A stretch of 53,104 bases of DNA, taken from NCBI GenBank assembly GCA_022813865.1, contig JALDZX010000063.1, forward strand, positions 62,001 to 115,104, in the 5' to 3' direction. The translations under genes and the position numbers were made by a program. This document shows, in pieces, positions 1 through 12,038 of the stretch; position 1 is the first letter of the stretch, and each line of letters starts with the position of its first letter. Under the pieces are notes generated by a model that saw only the letters and a list, made by a program, of their open reading frames with translations, made no database searches and had not been told where the DNA came from. This DNA comes from Xylographa opegraphella. Its lineage: Eukaryota.

Positions 1-3000
1 GCCATCTCTTTCTCTGCGACCTTTGCGGCATCGGTGTCTTCTTTGTCCTCCACTTGGTCGAAGATCCTTGTAGACAACTTTCCATGACCTGGCCCCGCGC
101 CCAGAACTCGATCCATGGCAGCACTTGCTTCAGCATCGCCTTCACCCAGGGACTCATCCTCGAGGACGTCTTTCATATTTGGCTTATTGAAGTAGTCTGT
201 CGTGAAATCCCCCTCCTGGATAACCACATCGTCTAACATACGCTTCTGATTGGCTTTACGCAGGATGTTGGCTTCGATAGTGTGTTCACTGACAAAACGG
301 TAGATGTGAACGTCTCGAGTTTGGCCAATTCGGTGGCAACGGTCTTGACATTGTTTGTCCATAGCAGGATTCCAATCCAAGTCGTAGAAGATGACTGTGT
401 CGGCGCCTGTCAGATTGATACCGAGGCCACCAGATCTGGAGGACAAGATGAACACCAAAATACGGTCATCGTTGTTGAAGCGGTCCGTAAGGATCTGCCG
501 TTGCTCTATTTTAGTTGCACCATCTAGACGAAGATATCGATGTCCGTGGATGTTGAGAAATTGCTCCAAGATGTCAAGAACCTTTGTCATCTGAGTGAAA
601 ATCAGCGCCCGATGACCACCAGCTTGAAGAGTTCGTAGAAGTTTATCCAAGCGCTGCAGTTTGCCACAATCGTATTGAAGAAGACGCTTGTCGGGAAATG
701 CGATCGAAAGCCGCATGCGTGCTTCGTGGAAAGCATCTTCGGGGCACATTTGCTTCGCTTCTTGGATAACCTCGATGCCGCGATGCGATAGAGCCAGTGA
801 GTTGATTCCCGGGGCGACAACAGCAGGCGTAATGCATGCGAACTTCTGAACAATGTTTATCATCATTTCCGAACGTTGTGGCAGGGTGAGAACGATGTCT
901 TCCATGACAGGTGAGATATCGGAATACCAGTCCAGGGGCTGCGCCTTGCGTTGTGGTGTTGGAGATGTCGGCAACTGCTTTACACCAATACGCAATCGTT
1001 CCATCAGACTATGGCTGTATAGTGGTCGCCGCTGGCTCTTTAGACTAGTTAGATATGCGCAATGTCGAAGGTCTTCGAGCGCAGAACTGCGCGCATTGTT
1101 TTCCATGAAAGCCAGAGTAGAGTCAACGGTCGTGCCATCCAGCTTCATATTAGGAAGTATCCGCCCGAATTGTTGGTTGACCAGCTGCCGTAACCGTCCA
1201 AGTGCCCCAAGTCTCGAATTTTGAATAGTATCAAGCGCGGAGACAGGTACATTAGCTCCAGGCAATAAATTAATAACATCTAGGTTGACTTCTTGCATAA
1301 TATCCCGTCGCAAGAGCCTTCGCCGGACAAGTAGTTCCTTAATCTCGAAGTCGGCCACAGCAGACTTTGGCATAGCAAATGAAGTCACGATCTGCCTTGT
1401 TTCGAAGAGATCAGGATGGTTGCAGACTTTCCGAAGCTGCATGAGGCAGTTGATTATTGACAAATAGTTGCCATGAGCGAGTGTCTCTCTTGTTTGCGTG
1501 CGAGACATGAAACCATCATACAGATATCGTTGGCGCTTTGATAGTTTACAATAAACGACATGCTCATACTTCCCTGGCATTTGTTTCTCCACATCGGCTT
1601 TGAGTCGACGAAGCAGAAATGGACGTAAGACCCCGTGCAAGCGATGGACAAGTTCTTTTGCTTCGTCATCCATAGTTTCTCTGCCTTGTTCAAGGATCTG
1701 GTCAACAGGCTTCTTAAACCAACTTGTGAAATCTTGCAACCCTGCAAAGCCGGCGATGCCCGTGTCAGTACTATCTGAGGGCATAAGAAAGAACAACAAG
1801 GACCATAGTTCGGTCAGATTGTTCTGTAACGGTGTGCCTGTCAAGAGCAGGCGACCTTGTGTACGGAAAGTAAGCAAAGTCTGCCAGCGCTGAGAACGAA
1901 AGTTCTTGATATTGTGTGCCTCGTCGAGTACTAGATAATGCCAAGCTCTTCTCTTGAAAGTCTGCTGGTCTTGTAGTACGAGCTGATAAGATGTGATGCA
2001 TACATTCCATTTGTCATTATCTAGCCATCCTTTACGTTTCTGCTTTCGTTCCTCTTGTGTACCGTAATAGGTCAAAATTTTGAAACCAGGTAGAAATTTT
2101 TTGAACTCCATTTCCCAGTTGAGCATCACGCTTGTAGGCACTACGATCAAATGCGGTCCCCAATCTTCGTGTTCCACTGCAAGGTGAGCCAGCAAAGATA
2201 TAGTTTGTATCGTCTTTCCGAGGCCCATCTCATCAGCAAGAATCCCATTAGTCCCATTAGCATAAAGACCAGCCAGCCAGTCCAAACCGTAGTGCTGATA
2301 TTCTCGCAAAGTACCTCGGAGCAGCGATGGTACTTGAGTTCTTAGAGGCTTGGTAGATACAGGTGTTGCGGGCAATGAGTTCGATTCAACGGCGAATTGA
2401 TCCAAGTTGGTAAGATTTGCCAGAGGCGATGGTTTGATGAGAGTTAGTGTATTGCCAGAACATGATTGCTCCGCTTTTGTGTCTTTTACCGGCAATAACA
2501 TCTGAGAGTCATCATCACTTAACGTATGTTTGATGTCCTTGCGAAGGTCAAATGACGGGGTTTCGCTATTGCTAGCGGAAGGAGTTGGAACTTGGATTGC
2601 GTCCGGTATCAGCGAAACTTCCTCAATGTCCTCTTCTATGACGGAAATAGCCGCGGGAATTGTTTCGTACGTGGGAGCCTCAGTATCCTTTTCAGAAAAG
2701 AACCCTAACAGGCCCCGATCTTCATCGCTCTCACTACTTCCTTCATCGCTATCTTCATCTTCATCACTTTCAGAATCATCGGAATCGTTCATATCAGTAC
2801 TCTCGTCGCTTTGATCCAGCATAATATCGTCCATCTCGAGAGGGAACTCTTGAGGCAGGACTTCTTCGTGGGGCTCCGATTGTTTTGGTAGAGATTCAGG
2901 TGTTCCTCTCAGATGCAGTGCGCTTGCGCCCTTTTCATCAGCCATAGCGACGTCGCAAGTAAGAAAATTTCTATCTGGAGGACGATCGAGGTTTTCGGAG

Positions 3001-4709
3001 GGCTGATCTACGTATTTGCGGCGAATTTCATCGACAGTGAGGCCATCGTCGTCGTTCGCAGAGTTCTCATACAAATCCTCTTCGCTACCTGAATGGCTGG
3101 ACGACATATTCTTCTCATCCTCGGTATCAGACTGGGATTCCCCCTCTTCAGATTCCGACTCTTGACCACCGCGCACACTAATGTTATCGCCGTCCGCCAT
3201 AGTGCTTGCACCGGCAGAGCTTCTCCGTCTTCTTTTGTCCAGAAGTCGTGACGACTCCTCGAGAACTTTATCAAGAGCCTCTTTGCCAAGAGCGTCCTGC
3301 TCCTCTTCCCATGCTTTCAGCTGACGCTGTCTGACCTCCCCTCTAAATAACTCCCATTTTTTTGATAAATCCCTTACACACTGTAAATAGACAGGCTTGT
3401 AAACAGTATCCCAGTAACGCCTATTAGTCTCGGCTATGGTCCTAGGATCATTGTATCGCCACTTCTCTACAGCGGCGTTGGCTGTCTTCCTGGCCATAGT
3501 AACGTGATCTCGATGCTCTTTATTCATCAGCTTACGGAAATATATGGTATGTGCAACTAAGTGATCTTGATGTGAATATTGCTGCGGAGGCTCATCTTGT
3601 GGCTCTGGAATAAACATGGAGCACCTTTCGATAGTAAGTACGCCACCGGGCCGAGCAGCCCTGCTGATTCGTTCGCGCATCCGAGCTTCTTTCATCGCCT
3701 GCCTTTCAGTTAGATGAGCTGAGTCTGTCCCTTGAAGTGGATCGTCGTTCTTAAGCCATTCTCGGAAGGAAGGATATCTTTTCGTAGGAACAACGTTTAG
3801 CGGATGTTGTATGGTGACGGTAGGCATTGAAACCCTCAAGTTCAATCTCTGAGGCTTAAAATATGGGACCTCCTCCTCCATATCATCTTCAGCTTCCTCG
3901 TCGTCCTCATCTTCTTCTCCGTCATCGTCTTCCTCTTCCTCACTCTCTGATTCATCCTCATCTTTACGCCACCCGTTTGTCTCCTGCCCTGCACCCGTAT
4001 CTTTCATGTCACCAGCTTCGACATGTTCTGAAACACGACGTTTCTGTTGCGGACTCCTCGATTGAGGCGGTGGAGAAGCTGAGAGTTCTTGGAACGAGAG
4101 GTGTTTCTTTTTGTGAGATCGCTTAAGAGGAGTGCTAGAATCAGTATTGGTAGATTTCGAGGTATATACATTTTTTGCATAAGGTTTTGCTGGTGACTTG
4201 CTGGCAGGCTGAGCAGTAGACTTTGAGGAGGAAGCTTTTCCATTCACGTGAAGCTTGCTTGATGATGGAGTTTGCGGAGAGGATATATGATTCCGAACAC
4301 CACCATGTTTGCTTTTGGGTGCACCATCGGTCTGCTGGTTTCGAGCGCGCGTTCGCCGTTTGTCAGACTGCGGCTGTAACTCCAGCGGTATGGCATTTGT
4401 TCTTGACGACTTCCTTCGACCTCCTTCAACAAATGAGGTCGGCCCATCAACGGCGATTTTCTTCCATGGCGGGGAGACAGGACGTGAAATTGAGCGTTGT
4501 GGTATTGGAACGTTTGTAAGCTTCCTTCTCTTATTAGGCCTCCCATCGCTGTGGTTCTCACAACTGGACTCGTCATTACTTAAAATACGTTGCGAATCTT
4601 GCGTGGGCAACGGTGGCACGCGAACTTCAATTCCTGAAGTGGTGGTTGTTGAGATTCGGGGTTTTGTTGATTCTTCATTGTGAAGGTTGTGGTTGAGACC
4701 GTTTTGCAT
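1..4709 (-). CDS. SWR1: SWR1 chromatin-remodelling Snf2-family helicase, 3'-partial (runs off the window start)
   Basis: ATG at 4709 (MQNGLNHN...). The same frame carries LRGTLREYQHYGLDWLAGLY..NGILADEMGLGKTIQTI (~2330-2200), LVLDEAHNIKNFRSQRWQ, LLTGTPLQNNLTELWSLL and CQDRCHRIGQTRDVHIY (~350-300). The frame checked at three points is identical. Absent from the ORF track because no stop lies inside the window. Confidence 0.95.
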   Translation of the reverse strand, partial: MQNGLNHNLHNEESTKPRISTTTTSGIEVRVPPLPTQDSQRILSNDESSCENHSDGRPNKRRKLTNVPIPQRSISRPVSPPWKKIAVDGPTSFVEGGRRKSSRTNAIPLELQPQSDKRRTRARNQQTDGAPKSKHGGVRNHISSPQTPSSSKLHVNGKASSSKSTAQPASKSPAKPYAKNVYTSKSTNTDSSTPLKRSHKKKHLSFQELSASPPPQSRSPQQKRRVSEHVEAGDMKDTGAGQETNGWRKDEDESESEEEEDDDGEEDEDDEEAEDDMEEEVPYFKPQRLNLRVSMPTVTIQHPLNVVPTKRYPSFREWLKNDDPLQGTDSAHLTERQAMKEARMRERISRAARPGGVLTIERCSMFIPEPQDEPPQQYSHQDHLVAHTIYFRKLMNKEHRDHVTMARKTANAAVEKWRYNDPRTIAETNRRYWDTVYKPVYLQCVRDLSKKWELFRGEVRQRQLKAWEEEQDALGKEALDKVLEESSRLLDKRRRRSSAGASTMADGDNISVRGGQESESEEGESQSDTEDEKNMSSSHSGSEEDLYENSANDDDGLTVDEIRRKYVDQPSENLDRPPDRNFLTCDVAMADEKGASALHLRGTPESLPKQSEPHEEVLPQEFPLEMDDIMLDQSDESTDMNDSDDSESDEDEDSDEGSSESDEDRGLLGFFSEKDTEAPTYETIPAAISVIEEDIEEVSLIPDAIQVPTPSASNSETPSFDLRKDIKHTLSDDDSQMLLPVKDTKAEQSCSGNTLTLIKPSPLANLTNLDQFAVESNSLPATPVSTKPLRTQVPSLLRGTLREYQHYGLDWLAGLYANGTNGILADEMGLGKTIQTISLLAHLAVEHEDWGPHLIVVPTSVMLNWEMEFKKFLPGFKILTYYGTQEERKQKRKGWLDNDKWNVCITSYQLVLQDQQTFKRRAWHYLVLDEAHNIKNFRSQRWQTLLTFRTQGRLLLTGTPLQNNLTELWSLLFFLMPSDSTDTGIAGFAGLQDFTSWFKKPVDQILEQGRETMDDEAKELVHRLHGVLRPFLLRRLKADVEKQMPGKYEHVVYCKLSKRQRYLYDGFMSRTQTRETLAHGNYLSIINCLMQLRKVCNHPDLFETRQIVTSFAMPKSAVADFEIKELLVRRRLLRRDIMQEVNLDVINLLPGANVPVSALDTIQNSRLGALGRLRQLVNQQFGRILPNMKLDGTTVDSTLAFMENNARSSALEDLRHCAYLTSLKSQRRPLYSHSLMERLRIGVKQLPTSPTPQRKAQPLDWYSDISPVMEDIVLTLPQRSEMMINIVQKFACITPAVVAPGINSLALSHRGIEVIQEAKQMCPEDAFHEARMRLSIAFPDKRLLQYDCGKLQRLDKLLRTLQAGGHRALIFTQMTKVLDILEQFLNIHGHRYLRLDGATKIEQRQILTDRFNNDDRILVFILSSRSGGLGINLTGADTVIFYDLDWNPAMDKQCQDRCHRIGQTRDVHIYRFVSEHTIEANILRKANQKRMLDDVVIQEGDFTTDYFNKPNMKDVLEDESLGEGDAEASAAMDRVLGAGPGHGKLSTRIFDQVEDKEDTDAAKVAEKEM

Positions 4710-5004
4710 GTCCGGCGCGGCAGTGAGACTCTATACCGAAGGGGCCCCCAAGGTCTCAACCAATATGCATCGAAACTGTTCAATTCTGGCATCAAACGAA
4801 AGCCCGATTTATGAGCTGCTCGTAAAAAAAATTTGAACGTGTTGTGAGTAATTTCGCAATGGGTAGAGAGGATTGAAGGTGATGCAGGACATGATGCTGA
4901 AGATAGTTGTTTTTCTCCCTGGCTCGCTACTAAATCTTCCCCGATTCACGTTAGGCTCAGAGCTATCACAACCAACCAATAAGCGGCTACATAGCCCCTC
5001 AAGC

Positions 5005-5013
5005 GTCACGTGA
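5005..5013. promoter_or_regulatory. GTCACGTGA E-box (Cbf1/bHLH-type) in the SWR1/NDUFB8 divergent promoter
   Basis: Exact RTCACGTG about 90 bp upstream of the NDUFB8 ATG, with a CCAAT at 4976-4980. Function is inferred. Confidence 0.4.
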
Positions 5014-5099
5014 ACGGGAAGAGGCACTCCAACACCTATCGAGAATTCGAGATCCATTGATCACGGTACAAGACACATAGACAATCGTTGTGCTCTACA

Positions 5100-5670
5100 A
5101 TGCTCTCGCAGAGGTTTGTGAGGGTCCAGCCTCTCCTCCGATCTCTCCACGCCACAACCACTCCTCTGACCACTCGAGTCCAAATACGATGTCTATCTCA
5201 AGCGGATATTGAAGACCCTCATATGGTATCTCAGCTTTACGAGTCCTTGCTTCGTTCTTTTAAACTAACATACTGTATAGAATGGAGGTTACATCAATCC
5301 ACCTGCCGAGAAGCGCCAGTTCCGCGACCCATACGCCGATTGGTGGGACAAGCAAGAGCGGCGGAACTATGGCGAGCCTGTACATGAGGATAATGATATC
5401 CTAGGCATGTTTTCGCCGGAAGAGTATACACACTTTAAACCCGGCAAAGGCGCATTGTTATTGGGAACCTTTGTTGCTACTGTGCTTGGACTATGCACCG
5501 CGGTGTATCCTTACTATCCTGATAAGCCGAGTGCGCCGAGGGCATTCCCTGGGGGGTTGGATATCGAACTTGGAGGGGAGGGAACGTTGCATGTGAATAA
5601 TCACCGGCCTGTGAGGTATATGAAAACTACTAACCATTATCCTTAGGCGATCTCAGAGGATGAGCGATGA
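5100..5670 (+). CDS. NDUFB8: NADH:ubiquinone oxidoreductase ASHI/NDUFB8 subunit, mitochondrial precursor
   Basis: Exons 5100-5225, 5281-5592, 5647-5670 with GT..AG introns. Protein has an Arg-rich presequence, EDPHMNGGYINPPAEKRQFRDPYADWWDKQERRNYGEPVHEDND, one TM segment and YPDKPSAPRAFPGGL. Confidence 0.9.
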
Positions 5671-6011
5671 GGGTATGCCGGGGATAACATTGTATATAAA
5701 TTCGCAAAGCACTTCTCAGAACAGCAACTGATCAGAACGATCTTATATGTTACTACGTACTGGCGTTCACGGAAGTGTTCCAAGAATGAATTGTAGTATC
5801 TCCTATGCACATGCCCGCTCTATTTTCGACCAAAGTAAAGTGTTGGCGCTCCCCTCATATGCCATGTTGCAGGACGCCTCACTTTGTATCGCCATATGCA
5901 AGTAACACCAGATTCACCACAGCCATGACAGACTGGTCTAACCCCTGATGCTATAAATGCTGTCACGACCACTCAGACTCCCGCTAAATCGCATACGAGT
6001 ATAAATGTGAT

Positions 6012-9000
6012 TCATCTCCTCGGCAGACTTCCTGTCATTCTTCCACCACCAGCCATTATACTCTGCCGGACGATCATCTCCGCTGCCGCTGCCGCCGCCA
6101 GGCGCTCCTTCTGGCGACTCCTATCTCGCAAATATCGCTCGGCTTCTGGTCGCATTCGTAGGATTCGTAAGATCATATCGTCGTTAGGATCAGCTTGTGC
6201 TTCTTTGCGCTTGTCCTCTTTTGCCTTCCTCATGGTCCCGAGATTCCGCGAAAGCATGATACTCTTGGATTTCCTATGAGACGGAGTTCCCAATAAGCCG
6301 GCGGCACCACCAAATGGCATTGAAGTAAGAGCTGCAGGGGCGGAAAGCCGATTACGCTGGGTTTGTTGACGAGCTGCCGTAGCGGAAGCCATCCGCTCTG
6401 ACGTACGAATTAGACTGTCCGTCGAGTCAAAGTAGAAGAAGTTCAGAGTCTTGATGTCGAAGTACTTTGGGGACTGTAAGATGTCCAGAGGAACACCATT
6501 TTCCTCTTTTGTGTCTTCGTCAACTGCATGGAAAAAGTCAAAGAGCAGTTGTAGCCATTTGAACACGATATCAAGTTCCTGCTGATTCAATTGTCGTTGT
6601 TGCGATGGCTTATCAGAAAGAGCTGGAACCACCAATGACTCTATGGTGACCAATACTTCCTTCCAAAGTCTTGTCATAACCATAATCATAGACTCCCTAG
6701 TCAACGTCTGATTCATGATTGCAAAATTGTCGTCAAAATATGTAAATAGGGGTTTCAAGGCATCCATTATCTCAGCTTGTGTTGGTGCCTGGAGGGTCTG
6801 CTGAGGGCGATTCCTGTTGAAATAACTCGATACGCTCGAGATACTAATGCCTCTGGAAAGGAGACTCTTCAAAGCACGTCTCGACAAACAGTGATTGATA
6901 TATGCTGATAGCTGGAATGAAATGTTAGAGAAGAAGGACTTCTGGGACTTCGTATTTACCTTGTCCGTTATCTTCCTTGTCATATCTCGTTCAGTTCTTT
7001 TAAGTGTACGGAACGCCTTCCCGAAATAAAATTGAATATCATCTCTTTCGCCTTCCATACTGACCCGCAGTAATAGCCGACCTTGGGTATCTAAATCCAG
7101 CCAATATTCCCGCGGCAAGAAGTCACTAAAATGCGAAGGATCCAGTTTTATCGAAGTCCGCCCGACGTAGTCATGGTCTCCGAGAGCGTCCCAGTCCCAC
7201 ACGGTAGCGATGATATTAAGTGGCCCTTGGGTGGTGATATCGACTGTCTCATCCCAGCGCGGGTTGAGGTTGCTGTAAATGATCCGTGTCTTTGCAAGGC
7301 GCTTTTGGTATTCATCCGCAAGCACAACATAGGGATCGCTGAAGCCGCTTGTGTCGCATGCTTTCAGGTCTTCCGCTTCAACAATCTTGATGGTGAAAAC
7401 ATAGTTGTTAACCTTACGCTGTCTGTGGCTCAGTGGCGGAGTATTTTTCTCAATAACGTCAATACAGGCATCCACGTTGACTTCTTTCTCAAGCTTGTCT
7501 AATTGTCGAACGGCAAATTCAATGTTGTTCAACTTGACAAATGACTACTCATTGGAAATAAGCAGAAATCAACGAAAATGCCAGAAAGACGTTTACCTCT
7601 GGGAAGAATTGGAATGGCTCGATTTTCTCTTTATTATTCCATGCGTCCTTAGCAAGCTGCATCCATTTTTCCTGCCGACTAAGCGTAGTTGAGGCTTCTT
7701 GCTCAGGGGTCATACGGTCCATTTCTTTCGCGAACCTCTGTTCGATAATGTCACAGTAGCGGGCAATACCGTTACCCACAACCTTAGCTAGAGCAGTCAT
7801 GAATTTCGCATACTGGAGGTCATTGTCCCAATTCAATTGTACAATACGGTCGATAGTCTGATTAAAGGAAGCGAAGATATCAATTACAGATACGCTATGC
7901 CGTTCTGAATCTGCAGGTGGCATTCCTGCTGTACCTGTTCGAACTTTGAAGTCATCTTGCTTAACGGCTCCATCGACCCAAGCAATGATGGTCGATTCAG
8001 TCAGCTTGATCCACCTCCAGACAAAGTCGGCGAGCAAGTCTTCTATACGGAATGCAAAAGGAATGCTGGGACAGTTTTAGCAGGAGTTCCCTGTCTTGTT
8101 CTGTTTGACTTACTTCGGTAGTGCTTCTGCATGTATTCGTCGGATCTCGACAAGCTCCTGGTACAGATCGAAACCATCTTCGACCGGGACTTCCTCACCT
8201 TTGGCCGCGTTCAGTTGCAGGATGCGTTCCACGATGTCGCGAGCATCCTCTGAATAGAGTGGTAGCATTGTCTCCACAAGCGCTGTGAGAGGATTGGCAC
8301 TACAGTTGATATATTAACTAACATCGATCTATTGTCCCGTCATAACGTACTTACCCCATTATTTCAGGGTTCTTTCTGTAGCGCTTTTGTATACGCTGCG
8401 CGAGCGTCACGACGGCCTTTCCTAATTCAATAACATCGAAGAATTGCCAGCTCTCTTGATCCTGAGGTAAATATTTTGCCAGGTATTCTTTGTATAATGT
8501 AAATGCCTTTTCTCGAAGACCTTCCAGCAATTGGGTCGTAAATGCGGTAATGTCTTCAGGCGATCTTGAGAAATTCGGATCGTTATATATATGGTGTTCC
8601 AAAACGTATAATATTGGACCCACAGAAGGAGGTTTCTGCTCGTAACATTGCTTCACCACATCGTAAAGGTCTCGCAACAGAGCATCATGAAGTGATGCCA
8701 GTATCTGTTGATTCAATACATAGTCTTGTAAAGTCCACTTGGATCGATCAAGGAGCAGTGAGCTCATCAAGTTAGCGTCCTTTTTGTTCTCCGGTAATGG
8801 TTCTTTCATAAATGTGAAAGCTACATCCAGAGTGTCAAGAGATATATCTTGTTCCTGAAATTTCTCCCGAATAACGTCCAAGAAAAGTATTACTCTGGAA
8901 ACGTATGGCAATCTCCAGCGCAGGCAAATCTCATTGAGCAGTTCTGTGGATTGCTTAGACAGCAGTTTGAGAGCTGGCGTCTCTGCGGCTTCTGACGCTT

Positions 9001-10321
9001 TGAGGATCTCGTCTTGTAGATCAGACGACAAAGCCTGAGACAGTATGAGTCTGTAATATGCACGTGGATCAGGAGGTATAAAGGTAAATGCGTCTTCTTC
9101 TCGATCAAAGATCGGTGGGCTAGCTTCGGAGGGACTAATGGCACTCATATCCACTGGTTGGTCGACAACGTAGGAAGATGGTTCTGACATAGACATCTTC
9201 CTTGAAGATTCAGAATAGCCAGAATCAGATGCCTCAGAGCCACTCGCGTTCACATTAAATTGGGGCGTATTGTGATTGTAAGAACTTTTAGCGAGCTCAG
9301 GATTTGATTGCACGATTGCCATTATCATCTGAGCAAGATCTGGGGCTTCTGATTTTTTCCATGCCTCGTAGCCCTCCTCCAAATCGAAATCATCACTTCG
9401 AAGCGTTTTGCGGGAGTTCAAGTTCAAAAGGGTCTGGTAAGTCTTGAGATCTTGTAACGCTGCCTTGGCGGTCCATACAGACCTATGTTTGTCAATATCG
9501 GACTGGACTTGACTATGAGTCAGATGAAAGATACGCGCGACAACTTGTACTAAGGGCATATCCTTGACTTCAAAGCTCAAAGGAACAACAACTTCGATAG
9601 TCGAACTTGAAGCATTACCATTTCTGGAGTCCGCCGCCAAATCCTGATCATTGGTTAATAACTTGCTTTCTAAGGTTGACAGGCGACTCGAAAGCTCAGG
9701 TCTGTCTCTTGACCAATCTCCTTCCTTAAGAATTAGACTAATCAATCTGATGAATAAAGCTAGGTGACGATCCGCCAAGAACTTCCACGAATCGTCTCCA
9801 GGGATTTTGCCCTTTTGGAGCTCTTTTGTTGCATTAGAGTAGAATATGAGCACTAAGTCTTCCACTCGACGATCTTTCTCCATCCGCTTCTTGAAGCCTT
9901 GCTCCATGAACGCATTCAAAAAGGCAGCAAAGGACCTCTTGATTACAGGATCATGAAACTCTGGAGCTCTTTCTCTACCCATTATCACGCCTGTCAAGCG
10001 CTTTTCCAATTCAGCCATGAACCCGTGAGGAAACTTTGTGCTTTTCGAGTCTCGAAGAAGGCTGAAATCTTTCATGAGGTCGTGTATTGAGGAGGATGAC
10101 CGTTGTAGAGCTCTCGGGGCAACTGGAGCTTGCTGAGTCCTTCTGGCTCGTGGCTGAAGTAGGTAAGAGAGGTAGGCCACTCGAAGGGCAAAAAGGTAAG
10201 CATCGTTCTGAGAGACCAATCGCTTGCGGGGTCGCGAGCTTTCTCTTGACGCTCTCCCACTTTTTTGTAAGCTATCGATACGAGGGTGGAATCCTCGTGT
10301 ATTCTGTGAAGACGTCGACAT
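6012..10321 (-). CDS. Large MUN (Munc13-homology)/C2-domain protein (S. pombe Git1 / yeast YOR296W-like)
   Basis: Exons 10321-8355, 8299-8114, 8065-7597, 7544-6960, 6911-6012 join ORFs of 656, 162 and 506 aa. C2 domain FTIKIVEAEDLKACDTSGFSDPYVVL...LNPRWDETVDI...VWDWDALGDHDYVG lies between helical regions. Confidence 0.85.
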
Positions 10322-12038
10322 CTCCTGAGCTCTTCAGTGAGTTCTTACAAATCCCGATGAACTTTAGCCAGTCTTTGCGTGTTGCACGCTGACATCGGCC
10401 CACCATAGAAGTGGAACTGACACCAGCCACTAGGTCGAGCTTCTTATCAGATGTGCTCCAGGTTTAGAAGTTAACGATGGCCTTCCAGAAGCAACACAAA
10501 CATGTTTGCGGAGCCGCTGTCCCGGTATCAAGGCCGTTTCAACGGCTGCACGACCTTTGCCAAGACAGTTAGATCCCTGCAATCAAATGCAGCCGATGGA
10601 AGAAACGCCGCTCTCCAATTGGCTTGTGTTATCAACCTTATGTCAACCTCTATCTCGTAACCTACAGTAGTGCTTCACATCATTCGTTCCTCCGACAAGC
10701 CTCACTCAGTACCTTTGCAGTGCTTACTCTGGACTGACTTTAATATCAACTCGGAAATATGGTTGATTTAACTCACCTCCGACATTCTTACCAATGTCTG
10801 CTGCTGTAGTCACTGTCCTACTACAACCTCTGACTGCTACATCCAGACTGGTAAATACGTGGGCTGGTTCAATTTTGATAGACTGACAGAACATTTCTAC
10901 CAAGACAAAAGGGGTACATCTGTCACTAAAGCATGATCAAAGACATTCCGATTAAAACTACAGACTACGGCTTCACGTCGTTATAGTGGCTTCTCACAAT
11001 ATGGCGTCCTGCCGACGCTGTGAGTGGACCTTGCACATCACCCTCGGTACATGTCACCATAAAGCTGTATTTGGACGAATTATAGATGTTTGATTCTTTT
11101 GGTTTCTTGAGACATAGCTCCTGGTAGAGGCATTAGATATCCCTTTTCCGTGCCTAGATCATATAGAAACCCACAGAATAATAATAAGCTGCATGGTATC
11201 CAACCATATTTTATCAGAAGCACAAGTACTGGTCAACAACCTCTGAATTGCGATCTTCTCCCTGCACTACAAAACAATCCATATTGTTCAGTTGGGAGAA
11301 AATGGCAATTTAGATTGGCTATGGTTGAACACCGGCTACCAGTAGGCCTTCAGATACGATAGTTGACTGCTGCATTACTCAACATTTGATCCACAACGCG
11401 TCATGTTGGGCCAAAGGGGTTCTGTGCTGTTGAAAGGCTTCAGGGCAAATACGTCATGCCAAGGATGGCGCTGAGGTCGTATGTCAGTGTCCCGTAATTC
11501 AGTTGGATGCAGTATTGATCTGCTTCAAGTAGCGAAAATGTACAGACTGCGGGTGATACCGCAGGGAACGATGCTGACATGATTCTTACCCGAAGGTCAT
11601 GAGCCATAAAGGCAGAAACACGGAGGGGAATTAATCTGTATTTAACATCTACCAATTGCATCCATATACGTTGTAATTTTTACCTTCAAGTTATTTTGCA
11701 TCTGAGAAGACAGCTACCAGCGTACCATCTAAACTGGAGTGTACTACATATACTCCAGAAAGTCGCTTTGCGAGCTTCAGTCGAGGACAAAAGACACGTG
11801 CCTGTCGACCGGGCACAATTAGTGGCACCCACATTCTCACGAACGCCAGGTTCGACCAAATCCAGGTGACCGACTCTGCACGGAGTGCCTCATTCACAGG
11901 TACCTAAGGGGTAAAGCGGCTACAGAAGCTTGATACGCTACTCATCTCCGCCTACGTTCAGCAACCGACTCGCCACGTTCACCCTCGTAGACGCGTCGAA
12001 CAGAACTATCGTTTGGGAAACCATATCTATACCTCACC

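Noticed and set aside
54..4795. Numerous short ORFs in the first 4.8 kb
   Set aside because: All overlap the single long SWR1 frame that the track missed.
11475..11484. ACATACGACC, matching the fungal 5S rRNA 5' end on the - strand
   Set aside because: Only 10 nt match and no downstream 5S sequence follows. The CGTCCGCTGAGC at ~43080 is likewise isolated.
10400..11900. Telomerase RNA candidate in the large intergenic gap
   Set aside because: No TAACCCTAA-type template on either strand.
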